From positions 1-54,326 of the IMG/VR virus record IMGVR_UViG_3300037423_000907: 54,326 bases of DNA; one strand, given 5' to 3'. This document shows, piece by piece, positions 38,110 to 46,510 of this stretch. Every line of letters starts with the position of its first letter. Within the stretch, counting starts at the first letter, position 1. This DNA is from a virus (taxonomy: Duplodnaviria > Caudoviricetes). The notes below the pieces were generated by a model. The model ran no database searches. It worked only from the letters and a program-made list of their open reading frames with translations, and was not told the DNA's origin. The position numbers were made by a program, and so were the translations under genes.

Positions 38110-38282
38110 GGTTGGGCACTCCTAGTCGGTTGAAACAAGGTGGTTGCTTCGCCCGGCTTGTCCCTTTCGGGGGCCTCGCTTGCGCGTGTCGTGCGCCAGC
38201 CGCCATGTCTTTCCGTGGTGCCACCGGGGAGCCGCCGCTCTTGTCCGGTTCTGCGGGGTGTCTATCCCCGGTGCTGGCTCAT

Positions 38283-38313
38283 ATCGTGTTGCTTGCGATG
38301 CACAAGGGTTTGT
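38283..38313 (-). promoter_or_regulatory. Late promoter motif upstream of the capsid leader
   Basis: ACAAACCCTTG-N14-CACGAT. Confidence 0.75.
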
Positions 38314-38326
38314 CTATCGCGAGACC

Positions 38327-38354
38327 AAAGAAAAAGCCCGCCGAAGCGGGCTCT
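38327..38354 (-). terminator. Intrinsic terminator after the scaffold gene
   Basis: AGCCCGC-TTCG-GCGGGCT stem followed by TTTTCTTT. Confidence 0.85.
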
Positions 38355-38370
38355 CTTGACGCGTACTGAG

Positions 38371-39315
38371 TCAGGCCGCTTGCCTGTCCGCCGCCGCCGA
38401 GATGATGCCGTCCAGCTTCTTGAGCTCGGCCCACTCTGTTGACTTCGGGTCCATCGCCTTCTTCGCCCATTCCTTGTCGGCCATGAGCTGGCTCTTGCGC
38501 GCCTTGGCGCCCTCCGGCGTCATGCCGAACGAGCCGACATTCGTGGAAGACATGCCTTCGGCGCCATGCTCCCGCATCATGTCGCCGACCTTGGCCAGCG
38601 CCTTCAGCACCTTGCTGTAACCGGTCACCTTCTCCAGTGCATCCATGGACTGCTCATCCAGCCCGAGTTGCACGGCAGCACGCCTGGCGAGCTCGCGCCG
38701 CGCCGTCGCATCAGCACCCGTGCCCCAGTCCTTCTCCAGCGCCTGATGCTCTACCGCCAGAGCGTTCTGTGCGGCGATAGCCTGTGCTTCGGCCTGGCTT
38801 GTTGCTTGAGCGTTCCACCACTCAGCCAGGGCCTTGCCGGTCTTTTCGCTCAAGCCGAGCTCGTGGAACTTGGTCTGTGCCGCCCGGGCGAACGACGGGT
38901 CCGCCCCCTGCGGAACGGGAAGCTGATACGCCTCGGCCGTTGCTGGCCGGCCCAAGCGGTTGAAGACCTGTTCCCAGCCAGCCTTGTCGTTCTCGTCCGT
39001 CGGGATGGTGACGGTGCGGCCGGCGCGATCAGCACCCACCATCTTTTCGAGTTCGTGGTAGGACTTCACGGCATCAGCCGCGGTCTGCCAGCCCTTGGTC
39101 TGTGCCAGGCCGATGAGGTTGGTGTCGGGCGTCTGGAGCCATGGATGCTGGACCGCAGGGGCTGGTGCTGCAGCGGGCGCGGCAGGAGCCGGCGCGGGAG
39201 CTGCAGCCGTGGCTTGTGCTGCAGGCGCTGACGCCGGAGCGGCTGCGCCACCACCACCGCCCTCTCCGCCTTCCTGGTTCATCAGCGGAAATCTCTTTCG
39301 GATCTGGATATTCAT
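38371..39315 (-). CDS. Capsid scaffolding protein
   Basis: Ala/Pro-rich N-terminus; SY.ELEK, LGRP...Y and L.K.WG motifs; between portal and capsid. Confidence 0.8.
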   Translation of the reverse strand: MNIQIRKRFPLMNQEGGEGGGGGAAAPASAPAAQATAAAPAPAPAAPAAAPAPAVQHPWLQTPDTNLIGLAQTKGWQTAADAVKSYHELEKMVGADRAGRTVTIPTDENDKAGWEQVFNRLGRPATAEAYQLPVPQGADPSFARAAQTKFHELGLSEKTGKALAEWWNAQATSQAEAQAIAAQNALAVEHQALEKDWGTGADATARRELARRAAVQLGLDEQSMDALEKVTGYSKVLKALAKVGDMMREHGAEGMSSTNVGSFGMTPEGAKARKSQLMADKEWAKKAMDPKSTEWAELKKLDGIISAAADRQAA

Positions 39316-39695
39316 TCGTCGGTCGTCCTTGCGAGTGCGATGCGTTCGATTTGCTCGGTAGTGAGGTTCATGAGGCCGACGATGCGGTTGAACACATCGC
39401 GCTGCCCCTCTGCGAAAGCAGTGGCCAGGGCATCGCTTTGCCTAGTCACCGGGGAAAATCGGAACGACGTATCACGCGCGTGGCAGTAGCGCGCCAAGTC
39501 CCGCAGCACAATCTCGCCCGCCGGGTTGAGCTCACCGCCGCGAGGCCGACGCCAGAACGCCCACCAAGGCGCGGTATCGACGCGGCCACGGCCGGGCGGT
39601 TGGGCGATCAGGAAAACGGCACGGTAGGCAAACGCCCGGTTGTGGATGCGGGCTCGCATCCGCTCAAAGGACTCGTTCCATCGTGGTTGCGTCAT
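39312..39695 (-). CDS. Bbp19-like conserved protein
   Basis: G..VL.DL...C...AF.EG.R.V...I motif; real start ATG 39695. Confidence 0.75.
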   Translation of the reverse strand: MTQPRWNESFERMRARIHNRAFAYRAVFLIAQPPGRGRVDTAPWWAFWRRPRGGELNPAGEIVLRDLARYCHARDTSFRFSPVTRQSDALATAFAEGQRDVFNRIVGLMNLTTEQIERIALARTTDE

Positions 39696-39820
39696 AGAGT
39701 GCACCCTTCGTGCAGTTCTCCAGCCCGGTATCCTCGTGTGGCGATGCGCCTGGTAAACACCCCTGTATTGGGGTCGTAAGACACAGCTTCGCGAACACGC
39801 ATTGCGGTCAACTTGCTCAC
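39692..39820 (-). pseudogene. 42-aa remnant of an HNH(-AP2) endonuclease N-terminus
   Basis: MSKLTAMRVREAVSYDPNTGVFTRR...RAG; GTGA and ATGA coupling on the two sides. Confidence 0.65.
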
Positions 39821-41460
39821 AACGTCGCTCTTCCCGCGTTGGCTTGCATTTTCGTCAGATTGGCGGCGGCGGCGCTCACCTGCGGAGCGGCTTCCACGAG
39901 ACTGGCCATCTGCTGCTGATTGGCCCGGTCCTCGGCCATCGCCTTGATTTGGTCAGGGTCGCGCAGGATCTTGGCCGGCACGCCGTTGATTTCTGCCACC
40001 TCGCGCGCGGCGGCTTGCATGTCGATCACATCGAGCACGCTCGGATCAGCCTGAGCCATCGGGATCACTGCTTCAAGCGTCCGCGTGATGGCGATCGCCT
40101 CGCTGGCGCGCATCGCTCGGCGAGCAGGCGAGGTGTATTCGATCTTGTATTCGCCCTGCGCCTCGATCATTTCGGGCGGCGGTGGCGGCAATTGGTTGGC
40201 GTTGGCCAGCAGGTCGAGCTCGCGCTCTGTGCCGGGGCTGAATCCTTCGCTTTCGATCCTCCCAATGATGGGAGACATCAGCGTCGCCCGCTCCTGCATG
40301 ATCTCCAGCGCCTGGGTCGCCGTCATCTGCGGGTTCTCGACAAGTGCGCGGAACACATCCAGCAGGAACGCAGACGAGATGATCTCGCGCTCCTTGTCCA
40401 TCATCTCCATGCCGATGCGGACATCTGCACCGGTGATGAGTGGTTTCACCAGCTGGTTGCCATTGGGGTCAAGGCCGCCGAAGTTCAGCGCACCGGGAGC
40501 CATGGAGAACGCGCCGAGGACACCATCCTCAGACAGCAGCAGTGGAGGATCGGCCACGAGCTGCGCGGCCTGCAGGATGCTGCGCTTCTGCGAGTTCAGC
40601 ACCTTGATGTCAGAAAGTGCGAGCCATGCCGGTGAGCGGCCGTAGATCTCACCCGGACTGGTCATGTAGCGCATGACCATGAAAGGCCAGGAGCGGAACC
40701 CGCCCTCCTCTAGCGAGTGCTTCTCAGCCGGCAGGAAGTAGCACGACGCCCACGGCATGCCACGGTAGCCAAGTTGCCCCCGCTGGTAGTCCGTACGTGG
40801 CATCACGCACTGGACGACATCCACCTTGTCATCCGGATGCGTCTGCAGGCGCTTCTGGAGCTTCTCTGGCAGCTTGCCGGGGAAGCGCTGGTTCAGCTGG
40901 CGCAACGTCCAAGGCCAACACCGAAACAGCGTGTCAACAACGCCTGAATCGTTCTCCAGAAGGTAGGTCTGCGCCAAGTGCAGCGACTTGTAGCGCAGCG
41001 AAAACCCCTGCGCACGCTTGGCCAGCACGTCGTGGACGTTGTCATCGATGAACAGTACGCCGGTGCCGAACACGAAGAACTGCAGCGCGGCCTCGCCCAT
41101 CTGGGCCTCGAAGGCGGCGCGTGGCGAATACCTGGCGGCGAACAGTCGCTTCGTCCACTCATCCATCGCCACCTTGACACGCTGCGACTGGTTCAGTGAG
41201 TCATCGCTGGTGGTCAGCTTCTGGTACGTCTGGTTGCTCGGCCAGCAGAATGTCGAGATTGCTGCGACTGCGTTGCGCGCGGCGAGCGCAGCAGTGGCGT
41301 CGTACATCAGGCTGGTGCGACGCTCGCCATCCGTGCGCTTGCTGGTGAAGTCGGCCGCCTGAGGCAATACGCGATCCGCGATCTGTTGCCACAGTGTCTC
41401 CCAGTTGGCGCGGGCGACCTTAGCCGCCTCGAACCTGCGCATCAGGTAATCGAAGTCCAT
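39817..41460 (-). CDS. Portal (head-tail connector) protein
   Basis: W.QIA..VLP, FGTG, GEIYGRSP and MTAT motifs. Confidence 0.93.
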   Translation of the reverse strand: MDFDYLMRRFEAAKVARANWETLWQQIADRVLPQAADFTSKRTDGERRTSLMYDATAALAARNAVAAISTFCWPSNQTYQKLTTSDDSLNQSQRVKVAMDEWTKRLFAARYSPRAAFEAQMGEAALQFFVFGTGVLFIDDNVHDVLAKRAQGFSLRYKSLHLAQTYLLENDSGVVDTLFRCWPWTLRQLNQRFPGKLPEKLQKRLQTHPDDKVDVVQCVMPRTDYQRGQLGYRGMPWASCYFLPAEKHSLEEGGFRSWPFMVMRYMTSPGEIYGRSPAWLALSDIKVLNSQKRSILQAAQLVADPPLLLSEDGVLGAFSMAPGALNFGGLDPNGNQLVKPLITGADVRIGMEMMDKEREIISSAFLLDVFRALVENPQMTATQALEIMQERATLMSPIIGRIESEGFSPGTERELDLLANANQLPPPPPEMIEAQGEYKIEYTSPARRAMRASEAIAITRTLEAVIPMAQADPSVLDVIDMQAAAREVAEINGVPAKILRDPDQIKAMAEDRANQQQMASLVEAAPQVSAAAANLTKMQANAGRATL

Positions 41461-41468
41461 TCGGGCCT

Positions 41469-41669
41469 TCAGCTACCCAGCAGTTGCTTGGCCGCGGTCA
41501 CCGGCGCTTGCATTCCGCCGCCCGGCTGCTGGCTCAGAATCGCCGAGGCACGGCCGCGGCGCTGGCGCAGCAAATCAGCCTGCTCCTGGGCTCTGGCTGC
41601 GGTGTCCTCGATGACTGGAGGGGGCGGTGCTGGCGTCGGAGCGGGAATGTTCGGGCGAAGGAATCCCAT
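41469..41669 (-). CDS. Small conserved pre-portal virion protein
   Basis: Pro-rich; RRGRASAIL...KQLLG motif. Confidence 0.75.
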   Translation of the reverse strand: MGFLRPNIPAPTPAPPPPVIEDTAARAQEQADLLRQRRGRASAILSQQPGGGMQAPVTAAKQLLGS

Positions 41670-41694
41670 GTGGCACCTCGTGTCGTGGTGCCAA

Positions 41695-41725
41695 ACTGTC
41701 CCGCTGTGGGCTCACAAGGGTTTGT
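41695..41725 (-). promoter_or_regulatory. Late promoter motif upstream of the pre-portal and portal genes
   Basis: ACAAACCCTTG-N14-GACAGT. Confidence 0.75.
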
Positions 41726-41732
41726 TCAATAG

Positions 41733-42127
41733 GACAAGCCGAGTGGTGACTGGCACCAACTTCGCCCACCCCGATGAGGCCAGCGCTCGCGTGACGGCTC
41801 GATTCAGTTTCCAGGGCGCCCGTGTCGTGGGCCAATCGTTTGTCACCTTGCTACCCTGTTCACGGCGGTCGCTCGGCAACGCCACCTGCGCCGGCTTGTC
41901 AGTTCAGCGCACTCGCTTTTCTCGTCGGCAGCCACGAACAGGGGTTCACTGCTTCGTCACGGCGCGAACGGTACGCACACGAAAAAGCGCCCTTAAGAGT
42001 GCGTTCCCGTGATGCTTTTGCCGAGCGGGTGACCGAGTGACGGCATTGCTGCCGCGACTTGCGAGAACGCACGCCTAAGGGCGCTGTGCAGAATTCTACT
42101 CGGTGACACGCTCGGCAAGAGGTGACT
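41733..42127 (-). ncRNA. Putative ~400-nt structured RNA between terminase and portal
   Basis: Own late promoter; several long helices with G-U pairs on the minus strand; GCAA tetraloop; no credible ORF. Confidence 0.7.
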
Positions 42128-42133
42128 GGCACA

Positions 42134-42164
42134 ACTTTCGTTTGAACGACTGGCAAGGGTTTGT
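42134..42164 (-). promoter_or_regulatory. Late promoter motif driving the non-coding region
   Basis: ACAAACCCTTG-N14-GAAAGT, directly after the terminase stop. Confidence 0.75.
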
Positions 42165-43610
42165 TCAGTCGATCGGCTCGTGGCGGACTGCGTGGCGCTG
42201 GCGGCCAGCCGCAGCATTGGGATTGCGAACCACAATCTTTGCCTCGCCACCGCCCATCATCATGTACTGTCCAGCCTCGCAGGGATGGCTGTAAGCGTTC
42301 TTGTCGGGCTTGTCGCGATACCGCTCGTCGCTAGAAACTTTGACTCGCTTGAATGCATAGCCGCCTTGCAAGCCTTTGCGCGTTACCTTGCAGTCTGGGT
42401 GGATGAGAAATCCAGGCTCTCCGTCCACCATGCGCCTCATCGCCGAAGCCACCACTTCTGTTCGGATGGCGAAGTCATTAGTGCTGGCCGGCCTTGCTTC
42501 AACCCCGTTCGCCTTTAGTAACTGGAAGACCGTCCTCTCTTCAGAGTCTCCGACTTGGCGCTGGTCACCAGCTGGGTCGCCGGTGATTGCATTGATGGCC
42601 CAATCTTTGTAATGGGTGCCGATGAATACTTTGAGCTCGCCCGCAAACCGGATGACGCCCGTATTTGTGGCCACCAGTTCTCGACGCCATCTCCACTGCC
42701 CGCCCAGCGTGCGCTGGCCGATGATGGCGGCCGGAGTTAGCCCAAAGTCAAGCCCAACATAGAGACCGAGGGCTTGCACCAGTTCAAATGTGCGGCAGTG
42801 AGTTGAGTCCTTGTACTCCGGCCAGACGGGCCTCCCGTCCGCCACGAAGCCGTATTCGTTCGCCAGATTGACCTTGATCCAGTCCTCTGACTTGCCCTGC
42901 ACCCCTTTCGCATAGTACCCAGGCGGCAGGTTGCCCAGATTCTCAGCGTGCGGATTCTCTTCCCACGGCGAATCTTTGTCGGCGCGAACAACGCCGCCCG
43001 GCTGTCTGAGGAACACCCAGCCCTCCGGGCGTTTCTCTTCGGCCATGGTGTAGTACCAATGGTCCGTGTCAGGGGCATTGGAGTCACCGAAGATTCCGTA
43101 CCAGGTCGGCTCGACGTCTTTGGGATAACGGCCGATCCGAAGATCGACCATCTCAATGACGGCGAACGGCAGTTCCTTTGTCTCGTTCAACCAGGCTGCA
43201 GTGAGTTGGAAGCCGCGCAGCTTACGGACATGCTCCTCCCGGTCCAGGGCCAAGAACACCATTTCAGCCACAACCCGGGTTCCGTCATCCAGTTCAAAGT
43301 CCAGGTTGTGCGTCGGCGGCTCCAAACCGCCTTTGATGAAGTTCCCCAGCGGCTCGAACATATCGAGCCAGTCCTTGATAGTTGTGCTGAAGAGATCTCC
43401 GTAAGTGTTTCGAACCGCCAGAATGCGCGTGCGTCTCACCCCGTCGGAGTCCGGTGCCTGGCCACACATGATTCGAAACGCCTTCCAGCACGAGGCGTTG
43501 GTCTTGCCAGAGCCGAGCGGGCCCATGATGAAGGTCCGCTGGGATGCGCTGAGGATGTACTCCTCAAGCGTTGCGCCCTGCGGCTTGTAGGTGAATTCAA
43601 CCTGACGCAT
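42165..43610 (-). CDS. terL: Terminase large subunit
   Basis: Walker A GPLGSGKT, Walker B WLNE, DSNAP, nuclease GLDFGLTPA, SH..EA.QY. Confidence 0.93.
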   Translation of the reverse strand: MRQVEFTYKPQGATLEEYILSASQRTFIMGPLGSGKTNASCWKAFRIMCGQAPDSDGVRRTRILAVRNTYGDLFSTTIKDWLDMFEPLGNFIKGGLEPPTHNLDFELDDGTRVVAEMVFLALDREEHVRKLRGFQLTAAWLNETKELPFAVIEMVDLRIGRYPKDVEPTWYGIFGDSNAPDTDHWYYTMAEEKRPEGWVFLRQPGGVVRADKDSPWEENPHAENLGNLPPGYYAKGVQGKSEDWIKVNLANEYGFVADGRPVWPEYKDSTHCRTFELVQALGLYVGLDFGLTPAAIIGQRTLGGQWRWRRELVATNTGVIRFAGELKVFIGTHYKDWAINAITGDPAGDQRQVGDSEERTVFQLLKANGVEARPASTNDFAIRTEVVASAMRRMVDGEPGFLIHPDCKVTRKGLQGGYAFKRVKVSSDERYRDKPDKNAYSHPCEAGQYMMMGGGEAKIVVRNPNAAAGRQRHAVRHEPID

Positions 43611-44241
43611 CAACACTCCGGTTCCGGCCTGTCAAGTCTTTGACGATCACACGCACGCCAGCCTTGTCGTCCTCCTCGTCCAAGCCGAAGGCCTTACGCT
43701 CTGCTGCCTGAAGCTTGGTCATTGCCTCGGCAAGAGCCTTGATCGAGGCGACACGGTTACCAAGGCCGATTGCCTTGGATACCACGCGTCTGGCCTCTGC
43801 CTCATCTTTGGGCTCCGCACCATCACCTGCAAGGATCTGCGCCAAAAGCTCCTGCTCTTCAGCCAGCAACGCGCCATTGCGCAGCTCGGCCAGCAAATCG
43901 GCCAATGCATCGCGCGCCTCGCGGATGTCGCCTCGGTGTTGGAGTATCACCTGCTTGTTCACCTCGGCAGCCGCCAAAACGGTATTGGTAACCGCTTGGC
44001 TACTGTTGGCCACCTCCCTGGTAACCGCCTCCTCGATCAGCTTGGCGTTCGTAGCCGCCTTGACCGCTTTGCTAAGGTCCTGCGTCCATCCATGCTTCTT
44101 GACCTGTTTGCCGATTGCGGCGTGGGTGCAGCCGTACTTCTCCCCCAACTCGCGGAGGGTGAAGTTCCCGGCGCGATAGTCTCGCTCCACTGCGGCCCAG
44201 TCCACCTTGCCGCGCTTCTTGGCTTCTTGCTTTGGTGTCAT
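43597..44241 (-). CDS. terS: Terminase small subunit
   Basis: DW.A.E.DYRAG...HTH...ERKAFGLD; upstream of terL. Confidence 0.8.
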   Translation of the reverse strand: MTPKQEAKKRGKVDWAAVERDYRAGNFTLRELGEKYGCTHAAIGKQVKKHGWTQDLSKAVKAATNAKLIEEAVTREVANSSQAVTNTVLAAAEVNKQVILQHRGDIREARDALADLLAELRNGALLAEEQELLAQILAGDGAEPKDEAEARRVVSKAIGLGNRVASIKALAEAMTKLQAAERKAFGLDEEDDKAGVRVIVKDLTGRNRSVDASG

Positions 44242-44435
44242 GGCGATGATCCATCGGCTGGCAGAATCGGCACGAGACCAGCCGGTGTCACCCAGCTTGC
44301 CGGATGCCCTGGCGCGATGCAGACGATGCGATCCCCGCAGACGCTCAGCTGGGCGCCAGGTGGAGCCTCACAGACGAAGCGCAGTCCGGAACGTTGTGGT
44401 GCCGGATCAGCTGGGCCAGTTTCGTTCTGGCTCAT
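44238..44435 (-). CDS. Hypothetical protein
   Basis: ATGA-coupled on both sides. Confidence 0.45.
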   Translation of the reverse strand: MSQNETGPADPAPQRSGLRFVCEAPPGAQLSVCGDRIVCIAPGHPASWVTPAGLVPILPADGSSP

Positions 44436-44821
44436 ACCGTCACCATCCCACGCTGCTTGCGCTTCCCGCCGAGCGGCTTCACAGACGGCTGCGGGGTCGG
44501 TTTGGACGCGACCGATGCGGGAGGCCAGTTCGGCAGGTTAACCACCACCTCCGGGGCTTTCGCTCCTTGAGGAACCCGGTATGGCGCCGTGACCTCCTGC
44601 GTCGGGAGGGCTGACCGCTCCTTGCCGGTGGCCTTCATCCAAAGCACTACCATGGCCTCGCCACGCCAGTACAGCGGCTGGACGCCGAGCTGGTAGTGCC
44701 GGATCATGTTCGGCGTCATGACGGTCCCAGTGGCGTCACCGATCTGCCGGTAGTTCAGACCGGTTTCCACGATGTCCTCGATCATGCGCGCCCAGTCAGG
44801 GGCGGTGTGTGGCTTTCGCAT
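44432..44821 (-). CDS. HTH DNA-binding protein, candidate late-gene regulator
   Basis: AAGGAG RBS before ATG 44821; DW..MI.D....G....QI...TG HTH-like motif; sits at the early/late junction. Confidence 0.6.
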   Translation of the reverse strand: MRKPHTAPDWARMIEDIVETGLNYRQIGDATGTVMTPNMIRHYQLGVQPLYWRGEAMVVLWMKATGKERSALPTQEVTAPYRVPQGAKAPEVVVNLPNWPPASVASKPTPQPSVKPLGGKRKQRGMVTV

Positions 44822-44979
44822 TCCCAACTCCTTTTCAGTGCTTGGTGTCCGGTTTCTGTGGGCGGGCTTCGGACGCGCCCGCTGGTTTGAACCATCCCAC
44901 CACCCAAGCCCCAAGATCCCAGGCGGTGGTGACGATGAGGAAGATGATGAATCCCAGTCCTTCGTCTGTTTGGCTTCGC

Positions 44980-45219
44980 TCACGCCTTCACTCCTTCCAG
45001 CTTCTGAATCCACGCCCAAACTGCGACTCTGCCTTTCTGGTACTCAGCCTGTTCTGGCCACGTCATGTGCATGAGCGCCTGCAAAGCTGCCGGGTCTCGC
45101 TCCCTGGCCTTAGCCTGCGGGCCGGCAGCGATCTGCCTGGCGTCGCATTGCAGGCAGCCGGATTGGAAGACTCCTGTGCGTGGATGAGCGTTAGCGCGCT
45201 CACATGCTGGGCAGCTCAT
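44980..45219 (-). CDS. CxxC...CxxC zinc-binding hypothetical protein
   Basis: ATGA coupling; CPAC and CLQC. Confidence 0.6.
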   Translation of the reverse strand: MSCPACERANAHPRTGVFQSGCLQCDARQIAAGPQAKARERDPAALQALMHMTWPEQAEYQKGRVAVWAWIQKLEGVKA

Positions 45220-45347
45220 ACACAAAAGATCGCGAGGAGGCCGACGAACAAGACCCATCCGCTATATTCGATGCGGAAGTACAGTCCAGCCATACCGAGT
45301 AGAACCAAAGCCATGGCCATGAATGCGCCGATATAGTTCGCTTTCAT
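45216..45347 (-). CDS. Small membrane protein
   Basis: Two hydrophobic segments; coupled. Confidence 0.55.
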   Translation of the reverse strand: MKANYIGAFMAMALVLLGMAGLYFRIEYSGWVLFVGLLAIFCV

Positions 45348-45649
45348 CTTGTCCTTTCCTTCGCCCATTCCAATGCCTTGACCGCCTCTTCGAGGCTCGA
45401 TACCTTGCTTGTGATCCGCCATGCGTAGCGGTGCCATTGCTCTTGAGCTGCGGTGAGCTTCTGAGCGCTGAGCTTCTTGCTGCCGTCCTTGAGTTCCAAA
45501 AAGTGCGGCATGCCAGGAGCGATGGCGACCACCAGGTCGGCAACCCCTTCGCCAGCTGCCGACAGGTCGCCAACATCCCAGCCGAGCGCCCTCAGCCCAT
45601 CACGGATGTGGGCGTGGTTGGCGTCGGTGCGGCGGGCGTAGCGTGGCAT
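45344..45649 (-). CDS. VRR-NUC-like PD-(D/E)xK nuclease, putative junction resolvase
   Basis: R.D.NH..I...LR..G...G.ADL...LELKDG...LT..Q..W motif. Confidence 0.8.
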   Translation of the reverse strand: MPRYARRTDANHAHIRDGLRALGWDVGDLSAAGEGVADLVVAIAPGMPHFLELKDGSKKLSAQKLTAAQEQWHRYAWRITSKVSSLEEAVKALEWAKERTR

Positions 45650-45657
45650 GGCTTCTC

Positions 45658-45816
45658 TCAGGGTTTCACCAACCAAACCAGGAGGTTCACCAAGGCGATC
45701 AGCGCTGCCGGCGGCGCAAGGATCAGAAGCAGCGTCAGCACGATGTCTCTGTCTCGCTCTGGGTTGTGGTGGGTGTTTCGGCCTTGGTTCCACGAGGGAT
45801 CGTCTTCTGGTTTCAT
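45658..45816 (-). CDS. Small membrane protein
   Basis: ATGA coupling; C-terminal TM. Confidence 0.5.
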   Translation of the reverse strand: MKPEDDPSWNQGRNTHHNPERDRDIVLTLLLILAPPAALIALVNLLVWLVKP

Positions 45817-46256
45817 CCTGCCGTGCCTTCGCTTGAGTTGCATGCGGCTCCTTTGGAGCCGGCACGGCGCTCCCTGTCCGTCCGCTCGTCGCCGAGAGAT
45901 TTGCCGTGTGTCACGAAGAATTTCTGCCTGCATTCGCGGCAGGCATCGGCCTCCTGAATGGAGAGCCAGCGGTTTGGTCGCGTGCGATGCTCATAGTTGC
46001 CACAGTCACATCGGACAACCCATGCCCCAGGCTTTTCGGAGAGCCCAACCAACGTCATCCTGTCGCGTCTACGGCCAGCGAGCGAATGAAGATTCGATGG
46101 AATGGCGGCGTTGAACGGCTTCACCACGAGAGGAACTTCGCTCGTGACTTGGTCGCACTCCTTTAGCGCCGGCTTCCATGCAGTGCCTTTCGATGTGACG
46201 CGAGCTGCGAGAGAATCCACTGCGGCGGATGTCAGAAGCTTGTCAAACGTGCTCAT
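45813..46256 (-). CDS. Zinc-binding hypothetical protein
   Basis: WVVRCDCG...CREC; GAGGAGG RBS. Confidence 0.65.
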   Translation of the reverse strand: MSTFDKLLTSAAVDSLAARVTSKGTAWKPALKECDQVTSEVPLVVKPFNAAIPSNLHSLAGRRRDRMTLVGLSEKPGAWVVRCDCGNYEHRTRPNRWLSIQEADACRECRQKFFVTHGKSLGDERTDRERRAGSKGAACNSSEGTAG

Positions 46257-46510
46257 GCTGCCCTCCTCATCTCGATCACTGCCCCTGTTTCAGGCAGCGG
46301 CTCGCCGCCGTCAGGATCGTCGTCAGGCCCATCCTCCTGAACGACTTCCGCGTACAAAAGTTCGGCGATGTACTTCAGCATTTCGCTTTGATAACGGCTC
46401 TGCTCCGCGATGGTCGCAATGCCTTTGCAGGCTCTTTCCACGCAAGAAGCTGCCCTCCACACGCACGCCATCCACACGATCGCGAGCGACCAAAAGATTA
46501 GCTCGTTCAT
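46253..46510 (-). CDS. Small membrane-anchored protein
   Basis: GGAGG RBS; N-terminal TM. Confidence 0.55.
   Translation of the reverse strand: MNELIFWSLAIVWMACVWRAASCVERACKGIATIAEQSRYQSEMLKYIAELLYAEVVQEDGPDDDPDGGEPLPETGAVIEMRRAA

Noticed and set aside
41575-42250. Short ORFs in the terminase-portal gap
   Set aside because: No RBS or coupling and atypical composition; RNA pairing explains the region better
44834-44983. Hydrophobic reading frame GLGFIIFLIVTTAWDLGAWVVGWF upstream of the HTH gene
   Set aside because: No convincing in-frame start; possibly a frameshifted remnant or sequencing error, too weak to call
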